Below, in pieces: positions 34,722-46,307 of a stretch of 62,493 bases of DNA (the stretch's first letter is position 1; each line of letters starts with the position of its first letter). The DNA comes from Craspedostauros australis. Lineage: Eukaryota. A model generated the notes under the pieces. It searched no databases. It saw only the letters and a list, made by a program, of their open reading frames with translations, and was not told the origin of the DNA. The stretch lies in contig JALAGF010003335.1 in the NCBI GenBank assembly GCA_030167865.1, forward strand, positions 62,001-124,493, in the 5' to 3' direction. Made by a program: the position numbers and the translations under genes.

Positions 34722-36209
34722 TCATGACGACGGCTGCTTTATCCTCTCAAAGATCATGAGATTTTCAATGTGCCGCGTCTGGGGAAAGAGATCGAACGGT
34801 TGCACGTTCGTGATCTTGTAGCCGGCACCGACGATGCCCTTCGCATCACGCGCCTGAGTGGACGGATCGCACGACATGTACACGATCTTTCTTGGAGCGA
34901 ATTGGTACAGCTGCGCCAAAAAGTCGGTGCTGCAGCCCTTGCGTGGTGGGTCCAGCACGACGGCGGTGGTGTCGTTGGGGAAGTCCTGGATGGCCTCGAA
35001 GATGTTCTCGGCCGACGCTGCGCGGAATTCGCAGTTGGTGATCTTGTTCGCGACGGCGTTGGCCGTGGCCTCGGCGATGGCCTGATCGTTGATCTCGATG
35101 CCGACGACCTTTTGGAAATGCTCCGAAGCAGACAGCGCGAACAGACCAGAGCCGCAGTAGCAATCCGCCAGATGCGTCATGCCGCCACCTTCGATGGCAT
35201 GGCGCACCACGTTCTCGACCATGAGCGGCAGGACGTAGTAGTTGTTCTGGAAGAAATTTCCCGCCCGGTACCGAAAGTTCAGCTTCCCGACCTTCGTCGT
35301 GATGTACGCGTTGTTGTCTGTCTCGACGAACGGATCGCCCAGATTGGCCTGCCGAAAGAGGAGGGTGACGCCCTTCTTCTTTGTGCCAGGTGGTGGCTTG
35401 TCGATGAGCTCCTCACGAGCTCTGCTGAATGCCGCGTTGACTGCCGGCGTCCCGATGGGACAGTGCGGGACGTCCAGGATCTGCCTTGTCGTCGCATTTT
35501 GAAAGCCGATCGCTTTGATGACCTTCTTCCCATCGATGATCTCATTCGTGGGCCTTTTGGATCGCCTGGCCTTGTTCGGATGGTCGTAGTGGGGAGTGAT
35601 CTTGGACCGGTAGCCGAAGGTCTCCTTTGTGCCCAAGCATGCCGATTCTTCAATGTCGACGATGCCATGCTTCGCGAGTCCCTCCCGCACGTACCGGCGC
35701 TTCCAGTCACGCTGGGCATCGATCGTCATGTGCTGGAATTGGCAACCGCCGCACGTTCCGGCAAGAGGACATTTCGGCTTGACCCGGCTGGGTGATGGCT
35801 TGAGGACCTCCACCAGATCCGCCTCGCTGTGATCATCGTAGTTGCGAAAGACTTTGATGCGCACGCGCTCGCCTGGAATGACGTCGGGAACTGTGATGTC
35901 CCACATGACCCTCTCGGAATTGGCCTCGACTTCGGGATCGGCCTTCTTCAGATTGACTACACCATTGGCCCCCGCCTTCTTTCTCTTCCCTGACTTTTTC
36001 TGCTTTGGCGGCATGTTGCAGGCAGCAATCTCGACTTTGGCCAGACCAAGCCCACGGTCCGTCATGTTCTCGATGTCCACATCGAGCTCATCGTGGTAAT
36101 CGAATGGCAAAGGCACGAACTTGTACGGACGCTTCTTCTCCTGCTCATCGCCGGTGTTGGGCTGTTCTGCGGCTGGCTCCGCGGCTGGTTCTACTGTAGA
36201 TGGTGTCAT
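34722..36209 (-). CDS. RNA (uracil-5)-methyltransferase, TrmA/Trm2/RlmD family
   Basis: TRAM-like N-terminus, CPLAGTCGGCQFQH, YRSKI, FFQNN, DCYCGSGLF, VLDPPRKG, YMSCDP and DLFPQTRHIE. Likely ATG at 36209. Confidence 0.93.
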   Translation of the reverse strand: MTPSTVEPAAEPAAEQPNTGDEQEKKRPYKFVPLPFDYHDELDVDIENMTDRGLGLAKVEIAACNMPPKQKKSGKRKKAGANGVVNLKKADPEVEANSERVMWDITVPDVIPGERVRIKVFRNYDDHSEADLVEVLKPSPSRVKPKCPLAGTCGGCQFQHMTIDAQRDWKRRYVREGLAKHGIVDIEESACLGTKETFGYRSKITPHYDHPNKARRSKRPTNEIIDGKKVIKAIGFQNATTRQILDVPHCPIGTPAVNAAFSRAREELIDKPPPGTKKKGVTLLFRQANLGDPFVETDNNAYITTKVGKLNFRYRAGNFFQNNYYVLPLMVENVVRHAIEGGGMTHLADCYCGSGLFALSASEHFQKVVGIEINDQAIAEATANAVANKITNCEFRAASAENIFEAIQDFPNDTTAVVLDPPRKGCSTDFLAQLYQFAPRKIVYMSCDPSTQARDAKGIVGAGYKITNVQPFDLFPQTRHIENLMIFERIKQPSS

Positions 36210-37373
36210 CTTCTCTTTGTATGTCAATGGGCGCTGGAACTCAGTACTAGAGTATACTTGTTGATGTCGCTTGGGGCTGAGATGGACGGTGGTATCTCTG
36301 CTTGTATCCCTGTTGTTGCGGTTGTTCTGTTGTGACTGGTGTGCGATCTGTTTGTTTCGATTTGCAGCTTTGGCACACCAAGCAAAAGCGCGTGATGTTT
36401 TCCTCATTTTTTGGTGGACACCAAATTCTCTGTCGGCGGGCAGACGAGAAGAAACCGAATGAGAACTAAAATTGAGGCTATCTTGGTTGGTCTCCATGTC
36501 TCTCTCTCGACAGAAAGTGCGCTGTATCCACCAACGTTCCAGGACTATTCTGGAGCATGATACTCTACTCTCCTCTACCCCAATCTGCTTCAATCTACTC
36601 TACTCTACTCTACCGATGCTCTGCTGGAAGCTTGCAATGTCTTTATCTTGCCTCTCGAAGCGTTTGAAAACGAATCAAAGCTGATGGCGACAGTTGGGAT
36701 GCAGAACTGTGCCACCACACCGTGATGAATCGAAGCACTCTGTGACGATCTCGCAGTGCATCGGACATATTAGTAGGTGCTTCGATTTCTCCTTGACATT
36801 GCTGAGTTTCAAAAGCAGTTGGGGATCACATCACCGATCGTCTCCCATCTACTCTGCTCGATTCGTTCAACAGTACATCCGGATGAGGCTAAAACGAGAT
36901 ATATTATGCACATTGATTTATTTACCGTAACACCTGATGTCGAACATATCGACGAGTATGGCTGTCCGTGAACAAAGCACAATTTACTTCTGTTCATCGA
37001 ATTGAAAGGTACCGAAATAGTTCTTGTAGTTCGCTCTTTCGGCGACGAACCACAAGAAAAGAGAAAAATTGATCAGATTTATTGCGATTGGGAAGAACAA
37101 TCAGGACGATTTGTCACCAAGATGAGAAAAACAGGAGGCGATTTATCGAGCGTTTCACGAGCCGTTGGAGGGATTTATCGTGGGGGCTTGTCGCGGTCAT
37201 CCAACTGAAAGCCTCACAGACGTGGACGATGATTCCTCTGCTCTGTTCTGCCTCTCCTCTCCTCTCTGATCGACTCCCCTCACTTCCTGGTTCGTGGGAT
37301 GATCGATGATGCAGAGCATGCAAGGATCTGAAGGCAGAGGGAATCATCAAAGATCGTCAGCTGGGTGAGAGAG

Positions 37374-38675
37374 ATGTCGAGCCGTTTCATCCATAATCCG
37401 CAGCAGCCGAAGCAAGGAAGCCGCAGCCGCAGTCGCAAGATGGACAGTCAAAGCAATAACAACAAAAGCGACATCGAAAGCAGCAGCACCAGCAGCAGCA
37501 CCAAAACCGACAAGATGAAGAGCGACAACGACAAAGGCACCATGGCACCAACGACCCCATCGGACATTCCCACGGCGTTGGTGGTCCCCATCGCGATCTT
37601 CATGCTGGGATTTGTCATCGCTCAGCCCCTCTATCCCACGGAGGCGGACTTGAACAATCGCACCATCCCATACCAGATCACCAGTGCTGGGGATGTGATG
37701 CTGGATTTGGAGATCGACAACGAGCTCATCTCGGATGCTGATGTCACTATTCCTGGTGCGTGCTGTGCAAGTCTTGGCAATCGAGGGACCTGGTTGTCTG
37801 CTTGTTGTGTTTTGCTTTATCTGTTTGCTGTTGCAGATCGCCGCGATGAAATCAGTCATCGCAACGAAGGAAACGCCCACTCATGTCCTCATTGACTCGC
37901 TTGATCTCCCAACCCCCACTCACAATCATCCCATGCGTCTCCTTGCGTTTGCTATCATCACGATGCCACATCTCTGCTCTGCTTCCATGCGCCACCATCC
38001 ATGCACGTTTGATGCTGCACAGGCGAATTGCTCATCAGGACCGCCATCACCATCCCTATCATGATCGTGGTTGGATTGGCGTCCCGCAAGAACCCAAGCG
38101 AGGCCATCCCCGCACTTTCGGGTCTTTTGGTGGCAATCGGATTAACACAAGGCTGCACCTCGCTCTTGAAGATCTACGTGCTGCGACGTCGCCCCAACTT
38201 CTACGCCATGTGCGAATTCTCCAAGGAGACCTTGAAATGCGGGGCGGAATTCCGTACGGCCCTGGAGGCGCAGATGAGCTTTCCATCAGGCCACGCCAGC
38301 CTCACCTTCGGCGGCATGACCTACCTCATCTGGTACTTCATCGGTTTCACCGGCATTCTGGCATCTCCCCTTCCAGAATGGATGGCATCCTCGACCTCGT
38401 CGCTGCGTTCAACAATCCCCGCGTCGTCCTTGCGCATCATCCAGCTTCTTGTCATGACCCTGCCACCATTCGCCTGGGGCTGCTATGTCGCAGGAAGCCG
38501 TCTCGTGGACCATTGGCACCATCCAGCCGATGTCCTCTGCGGAAGCCTGATCGGTATGCTGTTCGCAACCGTGGGTTACCATGTCATGTATCCCATGGTG
38601 ACTTCGTCAAACGCAGGCACTCCTCTCTCGGCGCAACCCGTGCGTGAGGAGAAGCTGCCGCTTGTGAACGAATGA
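37374..38675 (+). CDS. PAP2-family lipid phosphate phosphatase, 2 exons, about 344 aa
   Basis: Exons 37374-37755 and 38023-38675 (GTGCG...CAG, phase 1). Motifs KIYVLRRRP, SFPSGH and SRLVDHWHHPADV, with multiple TM segments. The start codon is uncertain. Confidence 0.9.
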
Positions 38676-39355
38676 GGTGACAGGATGGCACAGCGCAACG
38701 CAAATGCAGTAGGACAGCATGGCATAACTCGTACTGCACTTGTTAATAGCGTACACGTGGTATCCTGATCCAGCTCTACAGAAACATGACTTTGCTCTAC
38801 CCAACTCTGTACTATTCAACAGTATTCGATGGTCCACTCAAAAGCTGTGGCATAGCACGAGTATAATAGAATAGTTATTACGAGCATGATGGACATCCCA
38901 GGTCTTGGTTCTGTTACTCTACTCTCTTGTACCGTAGCTTGTAGAATAGTCTCCAGCTTTCTTGGTGCTTCTTCTCGTTCGTTCGCTGAGGCGAGCACGA
39001 AAGAGAATCTGATGCGAACGTGCTTCGTTCGTTGATGTTCGTCGTGGAATCTCGACTGGGGAGATGGAGAGAAGAAAAAACAAGAAGCGATCCTCTGTTA
39101 CGTTGCCTGGCTGCAGATCCCGTGGGCACGATCAACAACAACCACAAACAATCGGACCAGCGACAACAAATTCATACTCGAGTTCCAAACCCGCTGTCGG
39201 TGATGAATGAATTGGAATCTGGTTTCGAACGCCGAAGATTCTCCTGCTCTGCTATTCTACGACGCCATCAACATAACCAAGAGTGCTGCAGCATTATTCA
39301 TTGCCAGTACAGTTGAGAGGACATTGGAGTCCCAGCGTCTACCTCCACTTTCACA

Positions 39356-41617
39356 ATGATGCCAACGATGTCCAAGTTGGCGCGCAGAATGCCGATGGCA
39401 GCAATGTCGCGCAGAATGGCGAGCTCTCAACTGTCCGCAGTCGCTCTTGCGTCGAGGACGGCCAGAACGACGATGCGACGACGGAATGACCATGCGAGAT
39501 GGACGCGACGAGACCTGTCCACGCAGAGCGCAACATGGTTCAAAATCGGATACCACACGCCGCAATTCCGACTCACGGAACGAGCCGTCAAGTACGCTGC
39601 GGTCATCGCCATCGTGGCACCTTGCATCGCCGTCGTCCAAGGCGTCGAACTGCTCAGCGACTACCGCACGAACCACGGCGACACGCCCGTGCCTCCGATG
39701 CCGCAGCAAGGCGTCGTCGTCGCGGAGGATGCGAACGCTCGTCGTGAGAAGCAGGAACTGCCACCATTGCGGTTGTTGGTCATCGGAGATTCCTTGGCGG
39801 CCGGCGTCGGCATGTCCAAATCGAACACGCCTGCTCTGCCCGTGTCCATCGCGCGAGGCATCTCGCAGGCTTCCGGCGGCCGCGTCGTCTACTGGACGTG
39901 CGTCGGCAGTCCCGGCGTGTCGGCGTCTCAGATCGTTGTGGATATTCAGAACATGAACCAGCGGGTTGCGGATTCCTTGCTGCCCCAAAACCGCATGGAG
40001 GCCCTCGTGCGCGAATGGCAAGCCAAGCGCAAGAGCTGGCGACAACGTCAGGCGTTGCGTCGTCGGGAGTCACAAGAGCAGGAGGCCTTGCTGTCGCAGC
40101 AGGAGGACTTGCAAAGGCGCATGGATAATCCCATATCCTTCGAATCCAACCGCCACATGATCCGCAAATGGTGGCGACAAGTGCGCGAATCGCAGAACAA
40201 GATGGACACGACGAAGCATTTCATCGGTGGATGGTGGGGCAGGCTTCGATCGCATGTGCGCAATGAGGTCAAGCACATTCAGGACAGAGTCAAGGAGGAT
40301 ATTGACGACATCACGACGATCGTTCAAACGCCGCAACTCAATGAGGACGACGATGGCGATGACGACGACGACGATGAAAACAGCATCGCAAAGAGACCCG
40401 CGACAGGCGTGCTGCGCAAGGATGACATCGATCTCGTCAACTCGCAGCAGTACGATATCGCCGTCGTCCTGACGGGACTCAACGACGTCAAGGACAGCTA
40501 CCTACCGAGCTTCATGGTCACCGGACGAAACTCGTCGCTGCAGGAAGGAACAGAGCGCATCATAGGCGGGTGGAAGAATCAGTTTCGAACCATCATCAAG
40601 GTGCTCAATCCTCACATGGTGACGCAGATCGACTTTCAGAATCCGAAGTATGGGCCATCCGGCGAGTTCAATGAACAGAAGCAGGGCAGCGGCATGGATG
40701 CGTCCGCTGCATCATCGTCATCACCGACAAGCTCAACAGCAACGGCATTGAACACACGCGGATCGTGCACGACACACGGAGACCATAAAGCTGCCCAGGA
40801 TCCATCTGCATTTCCAACGTTCTCGACAGAACCATTCTTCAAGGATGAGACCCTGGCATCTTCGCCGGTGGTGAGATCGAAGAAGGTTGCAGATGCTGGC
40901 GCCAGACAAGATCTTGTCAATGAGCACAAGATGCCATCCGTCATCGTCTTCCCCGCTTTGCCAGTAGCACCACTCGAGATGTTCCAAATGAGACCACTGA
41001 AGTGGTTCATTGTCCCCGCCTTCGAGAAGCTGGATTCGGAGAAAAAGGGTCTGGCACAGCAGTACTCTGACCGCGTCCTCTTCATCGAGCAGCCGCCGCT
41101 GGACTTTTGGAAGGAGGTGGAGGCAGGCAAGGGCACCATCTTCGACAACCTGCGCAGAGAGAAGGTGCTGCTCATGCTCAACGACATGGCCCAAGATGCT
41201 CGCGAGCGCATCGAGTCCGTCGTGAACCAGCAGAAGCATCTGTGGGGAGATCAGAGCGATCCGGACGAAGCTGCGCGTGGTAGTGGTAAAGCCGCGCCAT
41301 CACAAGAGCAAAATAGGGATACTGTGCGGGTGACGCATGAAGGCAGCAGCTTGAAGCAAGGTCGAGCGCAAGAACAAGCGCAAGCTGCAGCGTCGCAGTA
41401 CGCACAGCACTCGCAGGACCCGGATGATCACCCAGGTTGCGACATCACCACCAAGGATGGCAATGGCGACGATGGTGATGCGAACGGATGCGGCAAAGGG
41501 CTGACGGGGTCCACTCTCGTGGCAGTGGATAAAATGCACCCCAATGACGAAGGGTACGAGATTTGGGGAAGGTTCATCGCGTCAGCTGTCGTGCAGCACT
41601 GGAAGGAGCAATGCTGA
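39356..41617 (+). CDS. SGNH/GDSL-like hydrolase with large insertions
   Basis: Block I VIGDSLAAGVG, block III VLTGLND and block V DKMHPNDEGY. The Arg-rich, acid-poor N-terminus resembles a mitochondrial presequence and is followed by a hydrophobic segment. Confidence 0.8.
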   Translation: MMPTMSKLARRMPMAAMSRRMASSQLSAVALASRTARTTMRRRNDHARWTRRDLSTQSATWFKIGYHTPQFRLTERAVKYAAVIAIVAPCIAVVQGVELLSDYRTNHGDTPVPPMPQQGVVVAEDANARREKQELPPLRLLVIGDSLAAGVGMSKSNTPALPVSIARGISQASGGRVVYWTCVGSPGVSASQIVVDIQNMNQRVADSLLPQNRMEALVREWQAKRKSWRQRQALRRRESQEQEALLSQQEDLQRRMDNPISFESNRHMIRKWWRQVRESQNKMDTTKHFIGGWWGRLRSHVRNEVKHIQDRVKEDIDDITTIVQTPQLNEDDDGDDDDDDENSIAKRPATGVLRKDDIDLVNSQQYDIAVVLTGLNDVKDSYLPSFMVTGRNSSLQEGTERIIGGWKNQFRTIIKVLNPHMVTQIDFQNPKYGPSGEFNEQKQGSGMDASAASSSSPTSSTATALNTRGSCTTHGDHKAAQDPSAFPTFSTEPFFKDETLASSPVVRSKKVADAGARQDLVNEHKMPSVIVFPALPVAPLEMFQMRPLKWFIVPAFEKLDSEKKGLAQQYSDRVLFIEQPPLDFWKEVEAGKGTIFDNLRREKVLLMLNDMAQDARERIESVVNQQKHLWGDQSDPDEAARGSGKAAPSQEQNRDTVRVTHEGSSLKQGRAQEQAQAAASQYAQHSQDPDDHPGCDITTKDGNGDDGDANGCGKGLTGSTLVAVDKMHPNDEGYEIWGRFIASAVVQHWKEQC

Positions 41618-42136
41618 TCTGGCGGAGGCGCTTCGAATCCTTGCCAAATCATCGACGTAGCGATGGTGAGCGTGTGCGGTACATACAGGAGCGGAGATGA
41701 TAGTAGGATCCGCAGTATGTAATATCACTATGCAGTGGCTGAGTAGACCCCATTCTGTCTACTGGTATATATCTATCTTGTTACACGCTGTTGTACAACG
41801 TCAGTAAATGTCGGCGTCCTTGCACATTCAAGGCATCTTCCATTCGTGCCGATCCTCTTCGCCTCTTTGTCTCTCTTATGCACAACCAATTGTCTACCAC
41901 TTCTCTACACGTACGTATCACGGTCTTGCGCCATGTCGTCGTGGAGTATGTGGTTGGCATTGTATCGTCTTGTAGAGAGCGTCATAGAGTATGTAGTCCA
42001 TTCTTCCATTCCGTTCTTCGATTCTGTCCCCTACTTGCTCGTGCCTGTGCCACGCGAGCATCGGCCCCCCATGCACAAGCATGAGCACGTCTCCGTGGCC
42101 AGCCAGCTATCCAGCCGCCTGCTGCCCCTTTCTTCA

Positions 42137-42397
42137 TCAATACTTCGTCTCTGCCAGAACGATGATCGTCCCTTGGCTGGCTTCCATCGTCCGCCGCACA
42201 TCATCGACATTGCTTCCCATGACACCGATGTTGTTGAGGCTGATGAGTTCCATGCCAGGCTCCAGCTCGGAGCTGCCAAAGATTCCATCGCGTTCGACGG
42301 AGCAGACCACGACCTTGCCGTCTCTGTCGCGAAAGTCCAAACCCAACGGAGTGTCCTTGGTGGGCTTTTCAGCGACGGCCGCCGCGAAGGATGCCAT
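42137..42397 (-). CDS. Stand-alone PDZ-like domain protein (86 aa)
   Basis: KPTKDTPLGLDF...VVVCSVERDGIFGSSELEPGMELISLNN...VRRTMEASQGTIIVLA follows the PDZ pattern. The ATG sits in caaccATGG, and there are tandem TGA stops. Confidence 0.65.
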   Translation of the reverse strand: MASFAAAVAEKPTKDTPLGLDFRDRDGKVVVCSVERDGIFGSSELEPGMELISLNNIGVMGSNVDDVRRTMEASQGTIIVLAETKY

Positions 42398-44782
42398 GGT
42401 TGATTGTTGCGGAGTAGGTATTATGTGAAGCGCAGGTGCGATTGTGGAGAGAGTAGAGCAGAGAAGAAACTTTGTGTCTGAGTTTGCACTCGTGCGTTTG
42501 CGGTTGTTCAAATGATCTGATTATGAGTTCTTGTGTCTTCCTGCTGACCGTTGTTCTTTGGTGTGCTTCGTATTTCCTTGTGTCTGATGTCTCGTGCCTT
42601 GCTTCGTTCTTGTCCTCGATGCTGTGCTTGTTGTGTCAAGCGAGAAGTACCCAGAATACCAACAGAGTAGAGTAGATTTTATGACCAGACGGCAACGCTC
42701 CACCAGCACAGGAGAGGTCTTCCTGTACCAACAGGAGGTGGCACCGCATGGGCCGGTGTGATGATTCGCATGATAAAGCCGTCGGCACTCGTGGGCGCCA
42801 TTGAGTACCGCACAAGGTGCCTGTATGGGTCCATACGAAGCGCTGTGTTCCGGTCTGGTCATGGTTCCTCAACTTCAATGTCGGTTTCTGTGCCGGGACC
42901 AACACGATCGAAGAAGACCAGCGCTGCGAAATTCGGGGAGCTTTTCAGTTTTTGACGAACTTTTCGCTGTGTGTGGAGGTCTACAAAGATCAACGGTACC
43001 TCCCACCAGCACAACATGGGTTCTGTGGTCAGGAGTCTCTAACGTCGATTTATACTCGTGCTCCGTGGAGATGGCTTCGCAGCTCCACGGTTGCTCTTAT
43101 CGTACTTGTAGGTTCTACTCGTACTCGTGGACTGTCTGAAGTGCAACGATGACGCTCGGATCTCCGCGACAATCGTGGTGCTTTCCGGAGATTTGACAGA
43201 CTTGACAGACTTGGCGGATCATCCCAATGTTCCCAATCGCTCTCGTGAGACAGTCGCGACATTCGATTTCCTGTTGTGCTTCGGTGTTGTTGTTGCTGTC
43301 AGCGATGTCTCTTCGTCTTGCCATTTTCTCGTCATGTCTGATCTGTTCAATCGCCCGCTGCACTTGTACTTGCGACATGGGTGCGCACGGTAGTAGTGGA
43401 AGGAGTTTGATGACCTCCGCCCAAGAACGGGGTTCCGGTTGTCCATTTGGCTCCTCTCACTCATCGCTACCAACGAAATGGTTGCGCCTTGTGGCATCCG
43501 GTTCCGCTACGTCAAGGTCTGCAACGATACTTCGTACTCTATCAATACAGGAGTGGTCATACCTATCGCAAATGCGTGGTAGAAGTATTACAGAGTACGT
43601 AGGCCAATCTAGTCAAGAACACCAAGGGGTTTGCGAAAAGTGTCGAGACGACCGAATTCCCCGACCCTGCGACTACGAAAACAGCACAGGACATTTTCTT
43701 CTTCGGTTCATCGATGAATCACGAGCAAGGAGGGACAGATGGAGCGGCAAGTATGGCATTCCTTCAGGATCGCCAACAAGACGAAACCAAACATGCAATC
43801 TCGGGCAAGTCTCTGTTCGTACATCCTTGATCAACCCGCGTATCTGTTTCGTAACTTGGTTGGGATTCGTACTTCCTTGCGGTGAAGAAGTCCAGTGGAC
43901 ATCTTGGTTGATCAAGATGGGTGCGTGTATTTCGAAATCTTTGGGGATACAGTACGATCAACTACACGAGCAAGGACATGTCGAGTGGAGGAGCACGCGT
44001 AGAGCATGTTGCAGTTGAACGGTTGCGATTCATCCTCTTCTGAACAAACATCAAGGTGTTGATGTCACAATCTTTCATCGGGTCTGCGTAGCTGGATGGC
44101 CCCGCCATGACTCTCCCTTTCCATCTATTACATTATATGTTGCTTCAGATCTGCGCCTCCCCTCCAACTGATGACAAGCTTGATACGCGATAAAGGTCCC
44201 TTATCGAAGGCGCTTGTGCGCAACCTCTCTCCGGAATCACAAGAGAAAGAGGGAGGGCTCCCCAACGGCACACGCGAATCTCATCTTTCCCGTGTGTCCT
44301 TGACGATGGGGAGATCTGTGGCCCTCATCATGCGGTCCCATCATTCGATCAACCGCCCATCCACTTTTCAGACCATGCCTGCACCTCGTAGATTTCTATC
44401 ACTAGAGTAGTATCTGTCCGTTCATCAAATGGCATCATGACAAGCTGCGCATACTGTTGCGGCAGAGTAGACTATCTTCGTTAGACCTATAACAGTATTC
44501 CAGAACATCCACCATTCAATCCTCCCCTCCATTCTCCCTTTCATTTCTTCCACACAGAGAGAGAGTGTCCATTTTTCATTCCGATAGCACACCACAGAGC
44601 AAGTGCACACATGACAGGCGACGCACAGGTGTCGCTTCGTCCATCCCATACCACACATTGACTTTCCAGAGACTGCTTCAATCGAGCATCATTCCAATTG
44701 ATGCATGGTATCGCACCATTGTACGAGTATGGTAGTCCACCATACTCTCTCCGTAATGCCGGTAAAGTATTCCACTGCACCT

Positions 44783-45634
44783 TTACAAACCCTTCTTTCC
44801 GTCCACGTACTGCTTCTGCCACGCGGCAAGATTCTGTCGCATACGCCTGTTGAGCTTGCAAACTGGTCGGGATGGCTTGATTCCCTTCTCGAAGGCCTCC
44901 TCCCACGTCTCGTACAATCCGGCCCGCACCAAACACGCGCACATGATGGTCGTGGAGCGACCGCGCCCATGCGCGCAATGCACCAGCACATCGCCCTCCT
45001 TGCGCGACATGACGCCGAAGTTGGCAGCATGCTCCAGCTGCGCCGGAGTGGCCGGCACGCCGTCCCACGTCGCCGTGCTGAGGTAGTGCTTCGTGCGGTC
45101 GCGACAGGCTTCGTTGAATTCGACCGTGAGGTCGATGACGCCGCCCCAGTCCATGTTGAGCTCGTGGCCGTAGCAGCCGCCGACCCACCAGCCGGGTTGG
45201 ACTTCGGTGGCGACGGGCACGACCTTCTTGACCGGTTGGTTGGTTTCTGGGTCCACCGTCTTGCATTTGGAGATGCGCGTGTGGACGTGCGTGTAGAGCA
45301 GCGTCGGACCGTGGAAGGGGAAGAAGAGGATGTAGCTCCACAGCGGGATCTGCCCCGTCTCGGTGTCCTTGCCTATCAGGCCCATGCCCCATTCCATCTT
45401 GAACAGCACCGCGATCGCCCCGTTGACTATGGTGGAGTAGCCCATGACTAAGGCGGGCAGCGCCTTGGCGATCGTCATGGTGGCCTCCGCGACGCTGTCG
45501 CCGTCCGATCCTCCCAGCATCCTCGTCATGGACGGAACCGAAGGATCGGCAGGGTCGCTGAGTAAGCTGTATCCTGCGTACGACAAGGCCGAAAGGCCGA
45601 CGTACTTCAGGTAGACACCGTGTACCGTTCCCAT
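44783..45634 (-). CDS. Dual-specificity protein phosphatase with N-terminal membrane segments (YnbD C-terminal-like)
   Basis: Catalytic VLVHCAHGRGRS (HCx5R), VIDLTVEF, TWDG and a hydrophobic N-half. Confidence 0.88.
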   Translation of the reverse strand: MGTVHGVYLKYVGLSALSYAGYSLLSDPADPSVPSMTRMLGGSDGDSVAEATMTIAKALPALVMGYSTIVNGAIAVLFKMEWGMGLIGKDTETGQIPLWSYILFFPFHGPTLLYTHVHTRISKCKTVDPETNQPVKKVVPVATEVQPGWWVGGCYGHELNMDWGGVIDLTVEFNEACRDRTKHYLSTATWDGVPATPAQLEHAANFGVMSRKEGDVLVHCAHGRGRSTTIMCACLVRAGLYETWEEAFEKGIKPSRPVCKLNRRMRQNLAAWQKQYVDGKKGL

Positions 45635-46307
45635 CTTTGCTTTTGTCTCTGTCTTCTGCTTGGCTTCTTACGTGCTCTTGCTGTTATGCCTTGTGTTTTA
45701 TGTTGTGCTGCTATGTGATGTGACGCGATGCGGTGTGACGCGATGCGATGTGATGTGTGTTACTTTCTCCTCACACCTGTGATCGTGTTCTGCTCTCTCA
45801 ATGGTTCGCACATCGGTGGTTCAAAACGACGCTGTTGTTGGCGCCATCGGTGTTTCGATGTCCAACCAAAGATGTCCGTCATTGTTCCTTCCAGCTTTTT
45901 GATGTGCGTGACGGCATTTGTGGACTGGTGACGTGGATGAGAATATTGAGCTGAAATAGACCTTCACATTTCAGTCCCACTCCTGACACGCCTGACCTTC
46001 ATACGGCTGCCTCCCAAACCAACAACCATTTTCGCCACAATTTGATGCGAAACGGAGGAACAAAACGAATGGGGTGGATCGCGTCAGAAGCATCGATCGT
46101 TTCCACCAAGCAACACGACACACCCAAGAGGAGAGGAGAGATGTTGGAAGCACAAGACATGCACAAGACATCGCACCACAATCATCCAAGTTGACACTTC
46201 ACACTTCACACTCGGCATACCCAGACACGTTCTCAAGACCGCACCACAGACCGACAGGAAGGCACACTCACTCCACAACAAAGAGACTGATAGGGAAAGA
46301 CAGCAAG

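Noticed and set aside
36210..36593. 128-codon upstream extension of the m5U methyltransferase ORF
   Set aside because: It reads like 5' leader sequence, and the ATG at 36209 is the more plausible start.
42600..44450. 1.8 kb gene-poor stretch with a 263-aa ORF (43227-44018), considered as a pseudogene or transposon relic
   Set aside because: I translated several frames and found no recognisable motif, terminal repeat or codon bias, so I cannot support a call without a search.
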